Assembly: GCF_018977255.1 (NCBI RefSeq)
Contig: NW_024704742.1
Location: forward strand, 132,868,001-132,932,000
Reading direction: 5' to 3'
Origin: Callorhinchus milii
Taxonomy: Eukaryota
DNA: 64,000 bases
This document shows, piece by piece, positions 37,480 to 50,784 of this stretch. Position numbers and translations under genes: made by a program. Positions within the stretch are counted from its first letter, which is position 1. Each line of letters starts with the position of its first letter. The notes under the pieces were generated by a model. It saw only the letters and a list, made by a program, of their open reading frames with translations, searched no databases and was not told where the DNA came from.

Positions 37480-38040
37480 CTCACCCCTCGTCAGCCTTCC
37501 CAGCTATTGCTTCCACAAGCTGCAGATCATGCAGAACTCTGCAACGAGTGTCCTCTCCTGCACCAGGCTCTGTGACCCGATCACCCCCGTCCTCACCCGG
37601 CTCCACTGGCTCCCCCTCCCCCAGAGGATTGAGTTCAAAGTATTCATCCTCTCCTTCAAAGCCCTCCACGGCCTTGTTCCTCCCTACCTCTGTGACCTGC
37701 TATCTCCAGAGAGACCAGTCCGCTTCCTCCGCTCAGCGGACTCCGGGCTGCTCCATGTACCCCACCCAGCCCGCTCTCCCATCGGCGATCAGGCCTTCAG
37801 CCTCTCTGCCCCCACCCTCTAGAACTCCATCCCCCAGTCCCTTCGCTTTGATCTGTCCCTTACCTCCTTCGAGGCTCCTCTCAAGTCCTTCTTCAACTAC
37901 ATCTTTGGTCACCCTCCTACCCCTTCACTCCATCCTTCCTGGTCCCAATCTCCAGTTCGGGTTCAAATCCCTGAACTGTCCAGCGCTTTGCAATATCCTC
38001 CTGACAAGAAAGATGCTATAAAATGTAATTTGTTGTTGAC
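37480..38040 (+). mobile_element. L2 LINE 3' fragment
   Basis: LQIMQNSA...LHWLPLPQRIEFKVFILSFKALHGLVPPYLCDLL; (TTG)n tail. Confidence 0.88.
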
Positions 38041-38304
38041 TAGCGCCCTGGGATCTTTAAGACCCCTGTTTTCCCTTCTGTTTGCATGCCTCCACACTCT
38101 TTGTTGCCTTAAATTCAATGTATGTACTTGCTGTATTACCCAGTCAAAAGCCATCCTGAAAAATTCCAAGTGTTTTATGTCAACTTGTGGAGGGAAGCTT
38201 GTGTATAATAATAATAATAATAACTTGCATTTGATATTGCGCATTATCATGTATTCGAGACATCTCAAAGTGCTTCACAGGATGTACCGTGAAATGTAGT
38301 GACC

Positions 38305-39105
38305 GAGCCACAAGACCACGGTTCTCCTGATTGGCTCCTGTCAGCGCCTTCTCACCTCAGGCGCTGACAGCATCACCATCCATGGTTGCACCCTCCACCT
38401 CGCTAAGCCAGTCCAGAACCTTGGGTCTTGTTTGACCCTCAACTATCCTTTCTACCCCACATCTGCCCCATGACCCGCTCTGCCTTCCCCCACCTCCGCA
38501 ATGTTGCCCGGCTCCGACAACTCACACTACAGGCCGCTGAAACACTCATACACGCCTTCATTACATCGAGGCTCGACTATGCAAACTCACTGCTTGTCGG
38601 CCTCCCCAACTCCTCTGTGCATAGGCTGCAGATCATCCAGAACTCTGCAGCCCATGTCCTCTCCCGCACCAGGCTCCGCGACCTTATCATCCCTATCCAC
38701 GCCCAACTCCACTGGCTTCCCATCACACAGAGGATACAATTCAAGATCCTGGTCCTCACCTTCAAAGCCCTCCATGGTCTTGCTCCCCACTACTTCTCTG
38801 ACCTCCTAACCTGCTATCACCCTGTTTGCTCCCTCCGCTCAGCGGGCTCTGGCCTGCTTCACTTCCCCCACCTTGCTCGCCCGACTATCGGCGGGTGGGC
38901 TTTCTGCCACTCTGCATCCACCCTCTGGAAGTCCATCCCCCAGTCCCTCCGTCTCGCCCCCTCCCTCGCCACCTTCAAGACCGTCCTCTTCGACCGTGCT
39001 TTCGATCTCCCTGCTTCCCCGGCCCCCTCCCCCAACCTTACCCTTAGCTCAGGTCCGTAACTGTCTGTCCAGCGCCTTGGGATGTATGTAATGTAATTTT
39101 GTTGT
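38305..39105 (+). mobile_element. L2 LINE ORF2 C-terminal fragment
   Basis: ORF 38428-39060: FDPQLSFLPHI...HAFITSRLDYANSLL...LHWLPITQRIQFKILVLTFKALHGLAP. Confidence 0.9.
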
Positions 39106-40883
39106 ATGTTTTTGTGGGCGAAACGCAGCAGCCAATTGCACAGTAGTGTCCCACAAACAATTGTGGAGCGAGCGACCAAATTTACTTGGGGGATTATCGG
39201 CCAGGACACAGGGAGTGAGAGAGAGAGTATAATCTTGTCAGTAAGACTGAGGTGACATTGAGTAGAATGAGATATGTGACAATGGTTTGAGATGTGGCAG
39301 ATGTTAAATGCCACACTCGCAGCCTCAAGGTGTGATCAGTCTTCTTTTCATAACTTTCCGTGATGACTGCATTGTGCAGCTCTGTGAAGCCATAATTGGT
39401 AACGTTCCTCATGCAACATTCATTGGGTGTTGAGTGTGCTGAATTGGCTGCAATGCTTCCATAGTTTGTGGTGCGTTTAATAGATTGTAACAGCCCCCAA
39501 GGTTTAGACTGGGCATAATAGGCTGCAGCATCCCCGGGGTTTAGAATTTGTTAGACATTCTGTAACACGCCCAGAGTTTAAAATTTGCTTTATACCCAGT
39601 ATTATACCCTGTTTTTAGCGATATGCTATCAAGGTCTTTGATGCACCTGTTGCACAGACTGTAGTTAATAATAATCCTTGCGTTTGATATAGCCCCTTAT
39701 AATAATTATAATAATCCTTGCATTTGATATAGTGCCTTATCACATCTTTGAGATGTCTCAAAGCGCTTCACAGAATATATTGTGAGGAGTGACAGTGTAT
39801 TTTGTGGGTGAAACAGGGTAGCCAGTTGCACACAGCAGTGTCCCACAAACAGTCGTGGATTGAGTAACAATTTTTTTTAGAGGGATTATTACCCCAGAAA
39901 GCGATCAACCAATCAACTAACAGTGGAGCAAGGAAATCTGCTTAATATACTCAAGGTTTCCAGTGATTTCCAGGAGTGCAAGAGCAAAACTCAGGTCTTT
40001 AGTTAGTCAATAAAACCGGAGGGTCATGTTGAAACCATCAATAACAGTGTCATTTCTAATATGAGTGGTTTCTGAATTTACGTGTGTACTATATGTGTGT
40101 TATACACGTACAGTGTATGTCTGTTCCACTCCCCCTGAAAGCCGCTGTCATCACACACCACCTCAAAAAAACCCACCCTCGATCCCTCTAATCTCTCACA
40201 CTACCATCCCAACCTTCCCTTCCTTGCCAAAGTCCTGGAACGCATCGTTGCAGGTCAACTTCGGTCACACGTCCACTCCCTCCTCGAGCCCCTGCAGTCT
40301 GGTTTTCGCCCTGCCCACAGCATAGAGACAGCGCTTGTTAAAGTCACAAACGAATAGTACATAATACATCTGGACTTTTTTTTGCCGAGTCATCAAATTA
40401 GAGGCCAGAGAACACAAATGACTTCATCTTTTAGCAACTTCATCCTGTGGAACCTTGAAGTTCTATGTTGAAGAGAATCTCACTGAATGTTGTAGCGTGG
40501 AAACAGGACATTCAGCCCAACTCATCTGTAAGGCTATTTATATTCTACATGAATTTCCAGACTTCAGCAGTTTCCCCAGGGCACACTGGACTCTCCCCAA
40601 GCCAGCTAACCTTGCTAACCTGCACCTAATATTTTCCGATATCAGGTGAGCAGGATGCATCTCTTGGGAGAAAGGCACCCATACATACTACAGTGTATAG
40701 GTACTCACAAAGAGCCGGGATTAGGATTAGAGTAGTTAGCTCCAGTGAATGAGCGAGCACCAGTTCAGGTTTGTTGGGCCGAACAGCCTGTTGGTTGGTG
40801 TATTGCATGGGATTCTGTATGCACAGGTGGAAACGGTAATGGTGGAGTCTTAAGTATGGCCATTATCACACCGTGTATTTCAG

Positions 40884-41084
40884 GTCTGGATCACGAGCAG
40901 GCGTTCACAAAGGTGGTGGTGGAGCTGAGAAAGAAGTACCCCGGCCACATTCTCCCTGACGAGGACCTGCAGTGGATCTTTGTCAACGCTGGGGGGTGGA
41001 TGGGCTCCATGTGCCTCCTACACGCGTCCTTGACTGAATACGTGCTGCTCTTCGGGACCGCGGTGGATACCGGGGGGCATTCAG
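40884..41084 (+). CDS. SIGMAR1: SIGMAR1 exon 2 (201 bp, phase 1-1)
   Basis: tttcag|GT CTG GAT CAC...CAT TCA G|gtacag: (G)[66 protein letters not shown]. The four exons sum to 660 nt = 219 aa plus stop. Confidence 0.97.
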
Positions 41085-41240
41085 GTACAGTTTGATTCTT
41101 TACAGAGCCGCGCTCGCTACACATAATCAGGCACTACACTTTATAGTGCATCCATGAAGCACATTGAGATGCTTCCATGTCCCAATGAGGTGCAGTATTA
41201 AATACAAGGATGATCTTCACATCCTCATCCCATCCACTCC

Positions 41241-43331
41241 ACCATCGATGGCTCAGCTATCAGCTGCTGTGCCCCAAATCCTGGAACTCCCTGAAAGGCA
41301 CTATATGTAAATCCAACTTGTTGTTGTGAATCCCCCATAGAATATACAATACAAAATTACATTTGTATAGTGCCTTTCACGTCTGGAAAACGTCCCAGGG
41401 TGCTGGACAGCACAGAAATGGGCCATTCGGCCCAACAAGTCTATGCCAGTGTTTATACTCAATGAGTCTCCATCAGTTCCTTACTCCCTGCCTTCTATTC
41501 CCTTCTCCCTCATGTGTACATCTATGTATACAAAGTATTAATAATTCACACTTTCAGAGACGCTAACCCATATGAAAGGCACTATATATAGTAAATGCCA
41601 GTAATGTTGTTGTAATTCTTCCAAAATGTCTTCATCTTTTCCTGCTTTCAACACCCCCCCTCCGACAAACTTGACCACGTCTTTGTTTAGCACCTGTGCT
41701 TTGAGACATTCGTCCTATGTGAAAGGTACAATGTACAGAATGTTAAGTTGTTAACGTGCTAACATACTTTGAATCGGTCTCTTCACTTCAGGTTCCCTCT
41801 CTGCAGGCTATCATTCCCTTTCTACGCTGTTTGTTTCCTCTCTCTTTATCTCCAATGCAAATTAACTTCCTGCCAAAGACTCTGCTGGTGCCAGGATCTG
41901 CTGTTTCCTCTTATTCTCCAGAGACAAAGAAGCTCTATCAGAAGGTGGCACTGTCTCAGCCTCCAGCAGACAGAATTCTTAATTAAATTAAAACTCTTAT
42001 TAGCATTAAAAAAAAAGCTGTTGTTCTTCCCTGCCCTGTGTTTATCATTCTGCAATTGTGCATCAGTCGAGGAGTGCTCATTATAATAATCCTTACGTTT
42101 AATATTGCAATCTTAAGAACTATCTTGTCGATCATAATTTTGGTTATCATTGAAAACGCTTCACATAAATAGCTATGACTTTTGAGTTTTGAGATGTCTT
42201 GATGTGAAGGATTCTCTATAAATGTAGGTTGAGTTGATTGTGAGGGGAGATAATTGAGGTATTTAAGATTCTAAAAGGATTTGATGAAGTGGACATTAAT
42301 GAGCTGTTTCCATTTGTTAGTGAGTCCAAAATTAGAGGATACAACAACAACAACAAGACAACAAGATTCCATTTATAGAGCATTTGTATATATTTGTATA
42401 TTTGTATATATATTTGTATATATTTCCATTTGTATATATTATACAAATATAAAGTGGTCAGTGGTAGATCCATAGGGAATTTAAGACCATAAGACATAGG
42501 AGCAGGAGTAGGCCATTCGGCCCTCGAGCCTGCCCCACCATTTAATACGATCGGCTGATCTTCTAACCTATTTCCACTTACCTGCCCTATCCTCATATCC
42601 CTTGCCGTGCAGTGCAAACAGTCACTGAAGAGAAAACATAAGGCATACATAAAGGGGAGATTGGAAGGGATGGAGTATAAACACCGGAATGGACTAGTTG
42701 GGCCAAATGGCTTGTAACCCTATAAAACATTGAAATATGTCAAAGCAATTCATAGGTAATTGCTGCCAAGTGTAGTGATATGTAGGCAAGTGTGACAGGT
42801 GTTTTGTCAAACTAAGGTTCCACTAAAGTATTTAGAGGATTGGCCAGGAAATAACTTACTGCCAAATGAAGTGAACTGTCTTGTCTATAAACTGACACTG
42901 TTGAATCAGCTCCATCGTTTCCTGATGCATTGCTTCCCACTGTCATTTGTTCGGTTATTTCAGTCCTGTTTGAGCTGATGGAGGTACCAGACCTGGACAA
43001 AAACTCTGCAACTCGTTTCCCACGTATAAAGGATCCTTGATAACTGGATAGTGTTCTTAATTTTTTAAAAGAAAGATCTTCTGTGTCAGTCTGGCTACGT
43101 TGGTAGCATTCTCGCCTCTGAGATAGAATTGCCTAGTTCAAGTGACGCATGTTCAAGGGACGCGAGTTCAAGTCCCATGTCAGGACTTAATATAATTAAA
43201 GCATGTTCTTTTCAGATCTGGTTTTTAGGCTAATGCTCCAATACAGTGTTTGCTGTATCGCTAGACTTGCCGTCCTTCAGGTGAGACGTCTCGTGCCTTT
43301 CTGCCTGTTCAGCTGGACATTAATAATAATA
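41241..43331 (-). repeat. Right arm of the inverted duplication, ending in a SINE (TTA)n tail at the assembly gap
   Basis: Reverse complement of 30913-33005; followed by 25 N. Confidence 0.97.
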
Positions 43332-43356
43332 NNNNNNNNNNNNNNNNNNNNNNNNN
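43332..43356. other. Assembly gap (25 N)
   Basis: Run of n. Confidence 1.
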
Positions 43357-43615
43357 GTCAACGCTGGGGGGTGGATGGGCTCCATGTGCCTCCTACACGC
43401 GTCCTTGACTGAATACGTGCTGCTCTTCGGGACCGCGGTGGATACCGGGGGGCATTCAGGTACAGTTTGATTCTTTACAGAGCCGCGCTCGCTACACATA
43501 ATCAGGCACTACACTTTATAGTGCATCCATGAAGCACATTGAGATGCTTCCATGTCCCAATGAGGTGCAGTATTAAATACAAGGATGATCTTCACATCCT
43601 CATCCCATCCACTCC
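43357..43615 (+). other. SIGMAR1: Second copy of 40982-41240 (3' half of SIGMAR1 exon 2 plus the start of intron 2) immediately after the N gap
   Basis: Apparently identical 259-bp repeat at offset 2375; it diverges from the first copy exactly after ...catccactcc. Confidence 0.95.
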
Positions 43616-44661
43616 GTTACTTTTGATCCCTTCGCTGCCTTGAGTCTTCTCCGCCCGCTCAAGTCCTTTTGCATGTTGCAAAATTGTAACCCGTTTGGGC
43701 TCTGAATCGCTTTGATCTTTCCCTTTTGCAACTTAACTTTTGCGGTCACTGATTTCTTCTTTCGTTTCGCCAATGCAGGAAGGACTCTCACATCGCGTCT
43801 TGTGTGTGTGTGTGGGGGTGGGGGAGGGTATTTGTGCTGCCCTCTGTTGGTGTGATTTCTTGTTCACTGATGCTATCGACGAATCACTAAAGTATTTTTT
43901 TAAACAAAATAATAACACCTGCATCCGATAATAATAATAATAATTATCCTTTGTTTGATATAGCGCGTTGTCACATCGTTGGCAGAATATATGTAACGTG
44001 AATTGACGTCCATGCAGTGAATGACCAATTTTATTTGAGACCAGACGATGGAGGTCACTGCGAGGGAGCAATTCGCTTCCCCTTCTGAATAGTGCCACAG
44101 GATCTTTAATGTCCACGTGCACAGGTAGATGCGACATTTATTTAACTTTGGCCCTCTCTTATCGGCCTTCAAAGGATTCCTGAAAACCTACCATTTTGAC
44201 CGTGCCCATAGTCACTCTCCCCCCCACTATCCCCCACGCTTAGTGCCCAGCACTCTGTGTAAAGTGCTTTGAGACGTTAACTCTGCATGAACGTTTTTCT
44301 AACTAGGAATGATGACAAGGAGCGTAGCCTTTTGTAATGGCACAAATTATCAGATCGAATGGTTAACTGAACTTGGCTGTGCTCCCAGCATGTGTGCGCG
44401 TGTGTATGTCTGTGCGTCTCCGGGTGTGTGTGTGACTGTGTTTTGATGCCTATGCGTACCATTTTGTGTGTGTGCAGGTGACATCCAGTCGTATGTGCGT
44501 GACTTTAATAATAATCCTTGCATTTGATACAGCGCCTTATCATGTCATTGAGACGTCTCAAAGCTCTTCACAGACTATATTACAAAGTGGTTTGAATGTG
44601 CATGTAGTTACGTAAGGTGGCAGGTAATTGCGCACAGCAGTGTTCAACATACAATCATAGA

Positions 44662-45590
44662 TTATTATGGAATCATCGAATTATACAGCACAGAAGGAGG
44701 CCAATCGGCCCATCGTGTCTGTGCCGGCTTTTTGAAAAGAACTATCCAAAACAATCCCACTCCCCCACTATCACCCCATAGCCCTGCAAACTTGTCCTCC
44801 CCAAATAATTATCTACTTCTCTCTTAAAAGTTGTTATCGAATCGGCTTCCACCATCCTTTCAGGCAATGCAGTCCAGATCTGAACAACTCGCTGTGTGAA
44901 AAAAATTTCTCTTCACCTCCACTCTGTTTCTTTTAACAACCATTACCGACCCACCCGCCAGTGGGAATAATTTCTCTTTGTTCACCCTCATAATTTTGAA
45001 AATTTCTATTAAGTCTCCTCTTAACCTTCTCTGCTCCAAGAATAATCCTAGCTTCTCTAGCCTCTGCTGATAACTGAAGTTCCTCATTCCTGGTACCAAT
45101 CCTGGTAAATCTCGTTTGCAACAACAACAACAACAACTTGGATTTATATAGCGCCCTCCACGGCGGACGGCGTCACAGAGCACTTTGCACCCTTATCATG
45201 GAATCATCGAATTATACAGCGCAGAAGGAGGCCATTCGGCCCATCGTGTCTGTGCCGGCTCTTTGAAAAGAGCTGTCCAAATCAATTCCACTCCCCCACT
45301 ATCTCCCCATTGCCCTGCAAACTTGTTCTCCCCTCCAATGCAATGCCTTGACATCCTTCCTAAAGTGTGGTGCCCAGAACTCACCACAGTCTCTCGCTGA
45401 GGCCTAACCAGTGTTTTATAAAGGTTCATCATAACTTCCTGACTTTTGTATTCTATGCCCTTATTTACAAAGCCTAGTATCCCATACGCTTTTTTAACAG
45501 CTTTATCTACCTGTCCTGCCACCTTCAAAGATTTACTTATCTGAATCCCCAGGTCTCTCTGTTCCTTCACCCCCTTTACGATTGTACTAC
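44662..45590 (-). mobile_element. Two CR1 LINE 3' fragments
   Basis: EQRDLGIQISKSLKVAGQVDKAVKKAYGILGF...LYKTLVRPQ and LEQRRLRGDLIEIFKIM; 3' UTR atgggccgaatggcctccttctg...ttccat. Further CR1 tails near 24140-24350, 51210-51470, 61530-61850 and 62450-62600. Confidence 0.88.
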
Positions 45591-45939
45591 CTAGATTGAG
45601 TGATCAATTTTTTTAAGGATTTATTACCCCCGGAAAGTGATCTATCAATTGACTAACAACCAGGTAAGCAGAAGTGTGTGGAGTAAGGGAACTTGCAAGA
45701 TTTCACCCTACCCGTGGATCGAACCTGAGTCCTCTCGCTTATAAGGCGAGCGGCTAAGCACTATGCGAACGGATTCCCAAGACTACGCTATAGGCCTTTG
45801 TGTGTTTCTTTGTGTGAGTGTTTGTGGTATGTGTCTTCCATGTACAGAAAATTCTTGTCATGGCGGTGAGTCTATTTCTAGCTTCCGAGGTAAAGAGAAC
45901 TTCTGCCACAAAGTGGTTTACCCGGTCCGGATTGTGTTC

Positions 45940-46290
45940 TCCCCCCTACCTCTGTGATCTCCTAACCCCCTACCATCCTGCTTGCTCCCTCCGCTCAGCG
46001 GGCTCCGGCCTCTTTCACGTCCCCCGTCTCGCTCGCCCCACTATTGGCCTTCTGCCACTCTGCCCCCACCTTCTAGAACTCCATCCCACAGTCCCTCCGC
46101 CTCGTCCCTTCACTTGCCTCCTTCAAGACCCATCGCAAGACCCTCCTCTGCGACCGTGCTTTCAATCTTCCTGCTTCCCCCCCCTGCTCTCCACCCTCCC
46201 CTATCCCCACCTCGGGCTCGAAACTCTGTCCAGTGCCTTGGGATGTCCTACAACGTGAAAGGTGCTATACAAATGTAATTTTGTTGTTGT
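45940..46290 (+). mobile_element. L2 LINE 3' end just upstream of GALT exon 2
   Basis: PPYLCDLLTPYHPACSLRSAGSG motif; tail cgtgaaaggtgctatacaaatgtaa(ttg)n. Confidence 0.85.
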
Positions 46291-46349
46291 TCTTGTTGCA
46301 CTCCCTTCCCAGGAGGAGGACACACCGCACTTTACAGTTTTATGCCTGA

Positions 46350-46622
<273 letters not shown>

Positions 46623-46925
46623 TGAGACCTGAATAGGCAGAGATTGAAGATCCCGTGGCTCTATTCGAAAAGAGAAGGGAGTTTCTCCCAATGTCCTAGA
46701 CAACAATCCCCCAGATAAAACCGGTACCATATCTCCTTTTGCCCTCTGAAGCCTCCTCAGTATTTTTGAGCCACCTATTTCCCTGCTTGATCTTTACCAC
46801 TCTATTTTTGAGTAATTCTTTATCGATGCAAGGTTTTGTAATAAGAAAAGCAACAATGCTTACAATTGGTAAAGTTGGTAAAGTGTCTTTTGTGTTGGGA
46901 GGAAGTGCTCTGAGATGTAACCCCA

Positions 46926-47305
46926 GAGTCCTGTAGCTCAGTGGTTAGAGCATTCGCTTTGCAAGCGAGAGACCTGAGTTCAATTCCAGGCAGGGCGAAA
47001 CCTTGGGCAAGTTTCCTTACTCCACACGCCTCTGTTTACCTAGCAGTAAGTAGGAACCCGGGTGTTAGCCGATTGGCGGATCACTTTTCCAGGGATAATA
47101 ATCCCTCAACCAACAAAAAAACCCAATAATAATTTGGTCACTCAATCCACGATTGTTTGTGGGACACACTGCTGTGCGCAATTGGCTGCTGCGTTTCGTC
47201 CACAAATATACAGTTAATTCACTTTACCCTATATTCTGTGAAGTGCTTTGAGACGTCCAGAAGACGTGAAAAGCGCTATATCAAATGCAAGGATTATTAT
47301 TATTA
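46926..47305 (+). mobile_element. Full-length long-form SINE in GALT intron 2
   Basis: Complete head, body and tail. Related copies at about 51884-52256, 52320-52642, 54649-54945(-), 56818-57130(-), 59085-59418(-) and 61175-61523. Confidence 0.9.
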
Positions 47306-47339
47306 CTGAGGCTTCCATTTTGTTTTGTGTTGTTTAAAG

Positions 47340-47415
47340 GTGAACCCAGATTATGACAGTACCTACATCTTCAGTAATGATTTCCCAAGTCTGCAGCCTG
47401 ATGCCCCAGAACCAG
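47340..47415 (+). CDS. GALT: GALT exon 3 (76 bp)
   Basis: ttaaag|GTG AAC CCA...CCA G|gtacgt: VNPDYDSTYIFSNDFPSLQPDAPEP(G). Confidence 0.96.
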
Positions 47416-48211
47416 GTACGTCTAACTCTGCTCTACGCAGTCAGTCCACAGCAGCTGTTCACACAATACTGCACAATTTACACTTATACAGCGCCTTTCA
47501 ATGTCTTGACACTGTTGGCTGGGTCCCAAGAACAGCCATGTGAGGGATGGAAAAGATATATTAATAATAATAATAATTCTTGCATTTGATATAGCGCTTT
47601 TCACGTCCTCTAGTCATCTCAAAGCGCTTCACAGAATATACTGTAAAGCGGATTACATAGGAACAGGAGGAGGCCATTCAGCCCTTCGAGCCTGTTCTGC
47701 CGTTTAATTAGATCATGGCTGATATGTACCTCAACTAATAAGAATTGACTGTATATTTGTGAGCAAAATGCAAATATACAGTCAATTAATTCACTGTATA
47801 TTTGAATTGACTGTATTCAAATATACGTTTGTGATATTTGTGATCGAAGGCGCGGTCACAGAGATGGAAATTGAAGGAAGTGAGGGAGGGAGCGAGTTGG
47901 GAGGGACTCCGGGATAGAATTCCAGAGAGCAAGGGAATATCTCAAAGGTTTCACAGAGTTTTTCTGTACAGTGGTAGTGTGTGTTGGATTTCTATATATG
48001 ATGGACACCTTGCTGACCAAAGCAAATACTGAGATCGACTACCTCAGCCCAGATTGGGAGGGGAACCTACAACTCTCTGTCCGTGTGAGCTTTACCCATT
48101 TAGGTAATCGAGCGAGTGAAGTTCTGGGAAGTTAAAGACTGATTTAAACTCTTTTCCTTGGGAATCACTGTCCACTATGTAAATGGTGAAAACTTTCCTT
48201 TGAACATGTAG

Positions 48212-48260
48212 GTCCCAGCGAACATCCACTGCTGCAAGCAAGAGTTGCCAGAGGAGTTTG
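48212..48260 (+). CDS. GALT: GALT exon 4 (49 bp)
   Basis: atgtag|GT CCC AGC GAA CAT CCA...GTT TG|gtaaat: (G)PSEHPLLQARVARGV(C). Confidence 0.93.
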
Positions 48261-48773
48261 GTAAATATTCACTTTAATAAGACTCTCAAAAAGGATGATG
48301 ATAATAATAATTATTAATGATAATAACAGAAAAAAAACCTCTTGCTTTTGTATGGAGGACAGCGGGTTGTAGGTAAGATGCTGAGGTGTTGCTTGAATTA
48401 TAGAAATTTCCAGCACCAAAGGCCATTCAGCCCATCGTGACTGTGCTGGTTGGCTCCCTGAAGAGCAATACTTTCAGTCCCATTTGCCTGCCCTTTCCCC
48501 AAACCCCTGTAGCTGACTCTCTTAAAGCTCCAGAACGAATCTCGTTTTTAACACACTCGCTGACATGAAAAGGGAAGGAAATTTGAGGAAAAGAAAGCCC
48601 TCCCTCCTTCTCTCTCCCTCTCTCTCTCTCTCAGTTTCTCCCTCAGTCTCTCTCTGTCTCACCTTATACAAATAGGGAACAGGGAACTGAGAACAGAGAG
48701 AAAATAAATCACAGGTTACAGAGAGAGAGAAGAGACTGAGAGAGCTGCGTGACGTTGACGGGCACTTGACTAA

Positions 48774-48971
<198 letters not shown>

Positions 48972-49059
48972 TAAATGGCCCCTGTGCCAGTCTGGCTCAT
49001 TTGGTAGTGTTCTCGCCTCGGTCGTTCAGAAGGTTGTGGGTTTGCGCCCCATATGGCGT

Positions 49060-49368
49060 GGAATCCTGTAGCTCAGTGGTTAGAGCACTCGCTTTGCAAG
49101 TGAGAGACCTGAGTTCAATTCCAGGCAGAGGGCGAAACCTTGGACAAGTTTCCTTACTCCACACAGAGCCTAATAATATTCCCTCCAAAACCAAAAACAA
49201 TAATAAATTGGTCATTTTCAGTTTGTGGGATATTGCTGTGCGCAATTGCTGCCGCATTCGCCCACAAATATACAGTCAATTCACTTTACAGTGTGTTCTG
49301 TGAAGTGCTTTGGGATGTCCTCCCGACATGAAAAGCGCTATATCAAATGCAAGGATTACTATTATTAT
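49060..49368 (+). mobile_element. Young short-form SINE inserted in an older Deu-SINE (about 48985-49730)
   Basis: The Deu-SINE head precedes it and the Deu-SINE body resumes at about 49380. Confidence 0.85.
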
Positions 49369-50727
49369 ATATTGGGATTTGTGCTCATAGCCCAGGCTGA
49401 CACCCCAGTGCGCTACTGGGGGAGTGCTGCATTGTCGGAAGCTGTCCTCTGGATTGGAAATTCGACCGAGGTCCCACCTGCCTGTTTAAGTGTTCCATGG
49501 CACTATTAAAAAGGAAACTGAGTTTCTCCCGGTGTCCTAACCAATAATCCCACTCCCCCCGTATTAATTGGGTGTTTAATTAATTCATGGCCGTTTATGG
49601 GACCTTTCTGTGAGCAAGTTGGCAGCTGTGTTTCCTACAAATTATACAGTCACTTCACTTATCAACAATGCCCCGTGAAGCACTTTGAGACACTTTGACA
49701 TGAAAGGAATATTGTCGAATGGAAGGCTTATCATGATCTTACTACGTGTTCAATGAAACACTTGAATAATGATAATCTTTGCATTAATATGAAATGATTG
49801 TTACCCATTCTCGAAGGGGATAGGGGGAGATTTGGGGTTATTTTCCCATTATAAATGCATAGACACAACAGTGTAACTCATGCGTTTGATACAGTCCCTT
49901 ATCACTGTCATAAAGATGCCTCAAAGCACCTCCCCAGATTTTACTGCAAAGTGCAGTGACTGTGTATTTTAGATGAACGCAGCAGCCAATTTGGACATAG
50001 CAACGTCCCACTGTCAGCCGTGAAATGAGTGACCGATTTTATCGAGGAAATTGTTGGCCAGGACACCAGGAGAAACTCTTTTCTCTTTTAGAGTAGCGCC
50101 ATGGGATCTTAAAGTCCACCTGAACAGGCAGATGGGACCTCAGTTTAATGTCTCATGCAAAAGACGGCACCTGTGACAAATCAGCGCTTTCCTAACTGTG
50201 CTTCGGACTGTCAGCCTAGACTGTGAGTTCAAAGTCGCAACGTAGATCTTGAACCCACAACTTTCTCACTTATAGGCAAGAATGTTACCGACTGCGACAA
50301 CATCGCTGTACAAAGCAGTGAGAGAGAGAACATTCTCACCCCTAACATCCTTGGATCATTTATTACAGGCTTCAGTCAAGTGATTTTTAGTAATAATAAA
50401 AGATTATTGTTATTATAAAGGATAATAATAATAATCATCCTTGCATATGATATAGCGCTTTATCACGTCTTCAAGACGTCTCAAAGGGCTTCACAAAATA
50501 TACTGTAAACTATATTTACATACTGTATATTTTGTGGGTGAAACGCGGCAGCCAATTGCACACAGCTGTATTCCACAAACAGCCGTTAAATTGACCAATT
50601 TATTTATTTTTAAGGAATTATTACCCCCGGAAAAGCGATCTGCTGAATGGACTAACGACTACATATTGCCAGGTAAACAGATTTACTCAACAGCCTTTTA
50701 ACAGCCTGATTTCTTCTGTGTTTCCAG

Positions 50728-50784
50728 ATTTTTGAGAACAAAGGAGCTATGATGGGCTGCTCAAATCCACACCCTCACTGTCAG
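50728..50784 (+). CDS. GALT: GALT exon 6 (57 bp; catalytic His-Pro-His)
   Basis: ttccag|ATT TTT GAG AAC...TGT CAG|gtagga: IFENKGAMMGCSNPHPHCQ. Confidence 0.97.

Noticed and set aside
38428..39060. 210-aa ORF as a host gene
   Set aside because: C-terminal part of L2 ORF2, with several decayed homologues in the window.
28175..41084. Trans-splicing of opposite-strand SIGMAR1 or GALT exons
   Set aside because: The ancestral collinear junction exists at 41240/41241, so an inversion or misassembly explains the strands more simply.
30913..43331. Giant foldback or TIR transposon
   Set aside because: The arms are ordinary SIGMAR1 intron-2 sequence; no transposase or TSD; one arm ends at the gap.
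43357..43459. Second SIGMAR1 paralogue or tandem exon-2 duplication
   Set aside because: Apparently identical to 40982-41084, begins at the gap edge and is best read as contig overlap or the other haplotype.
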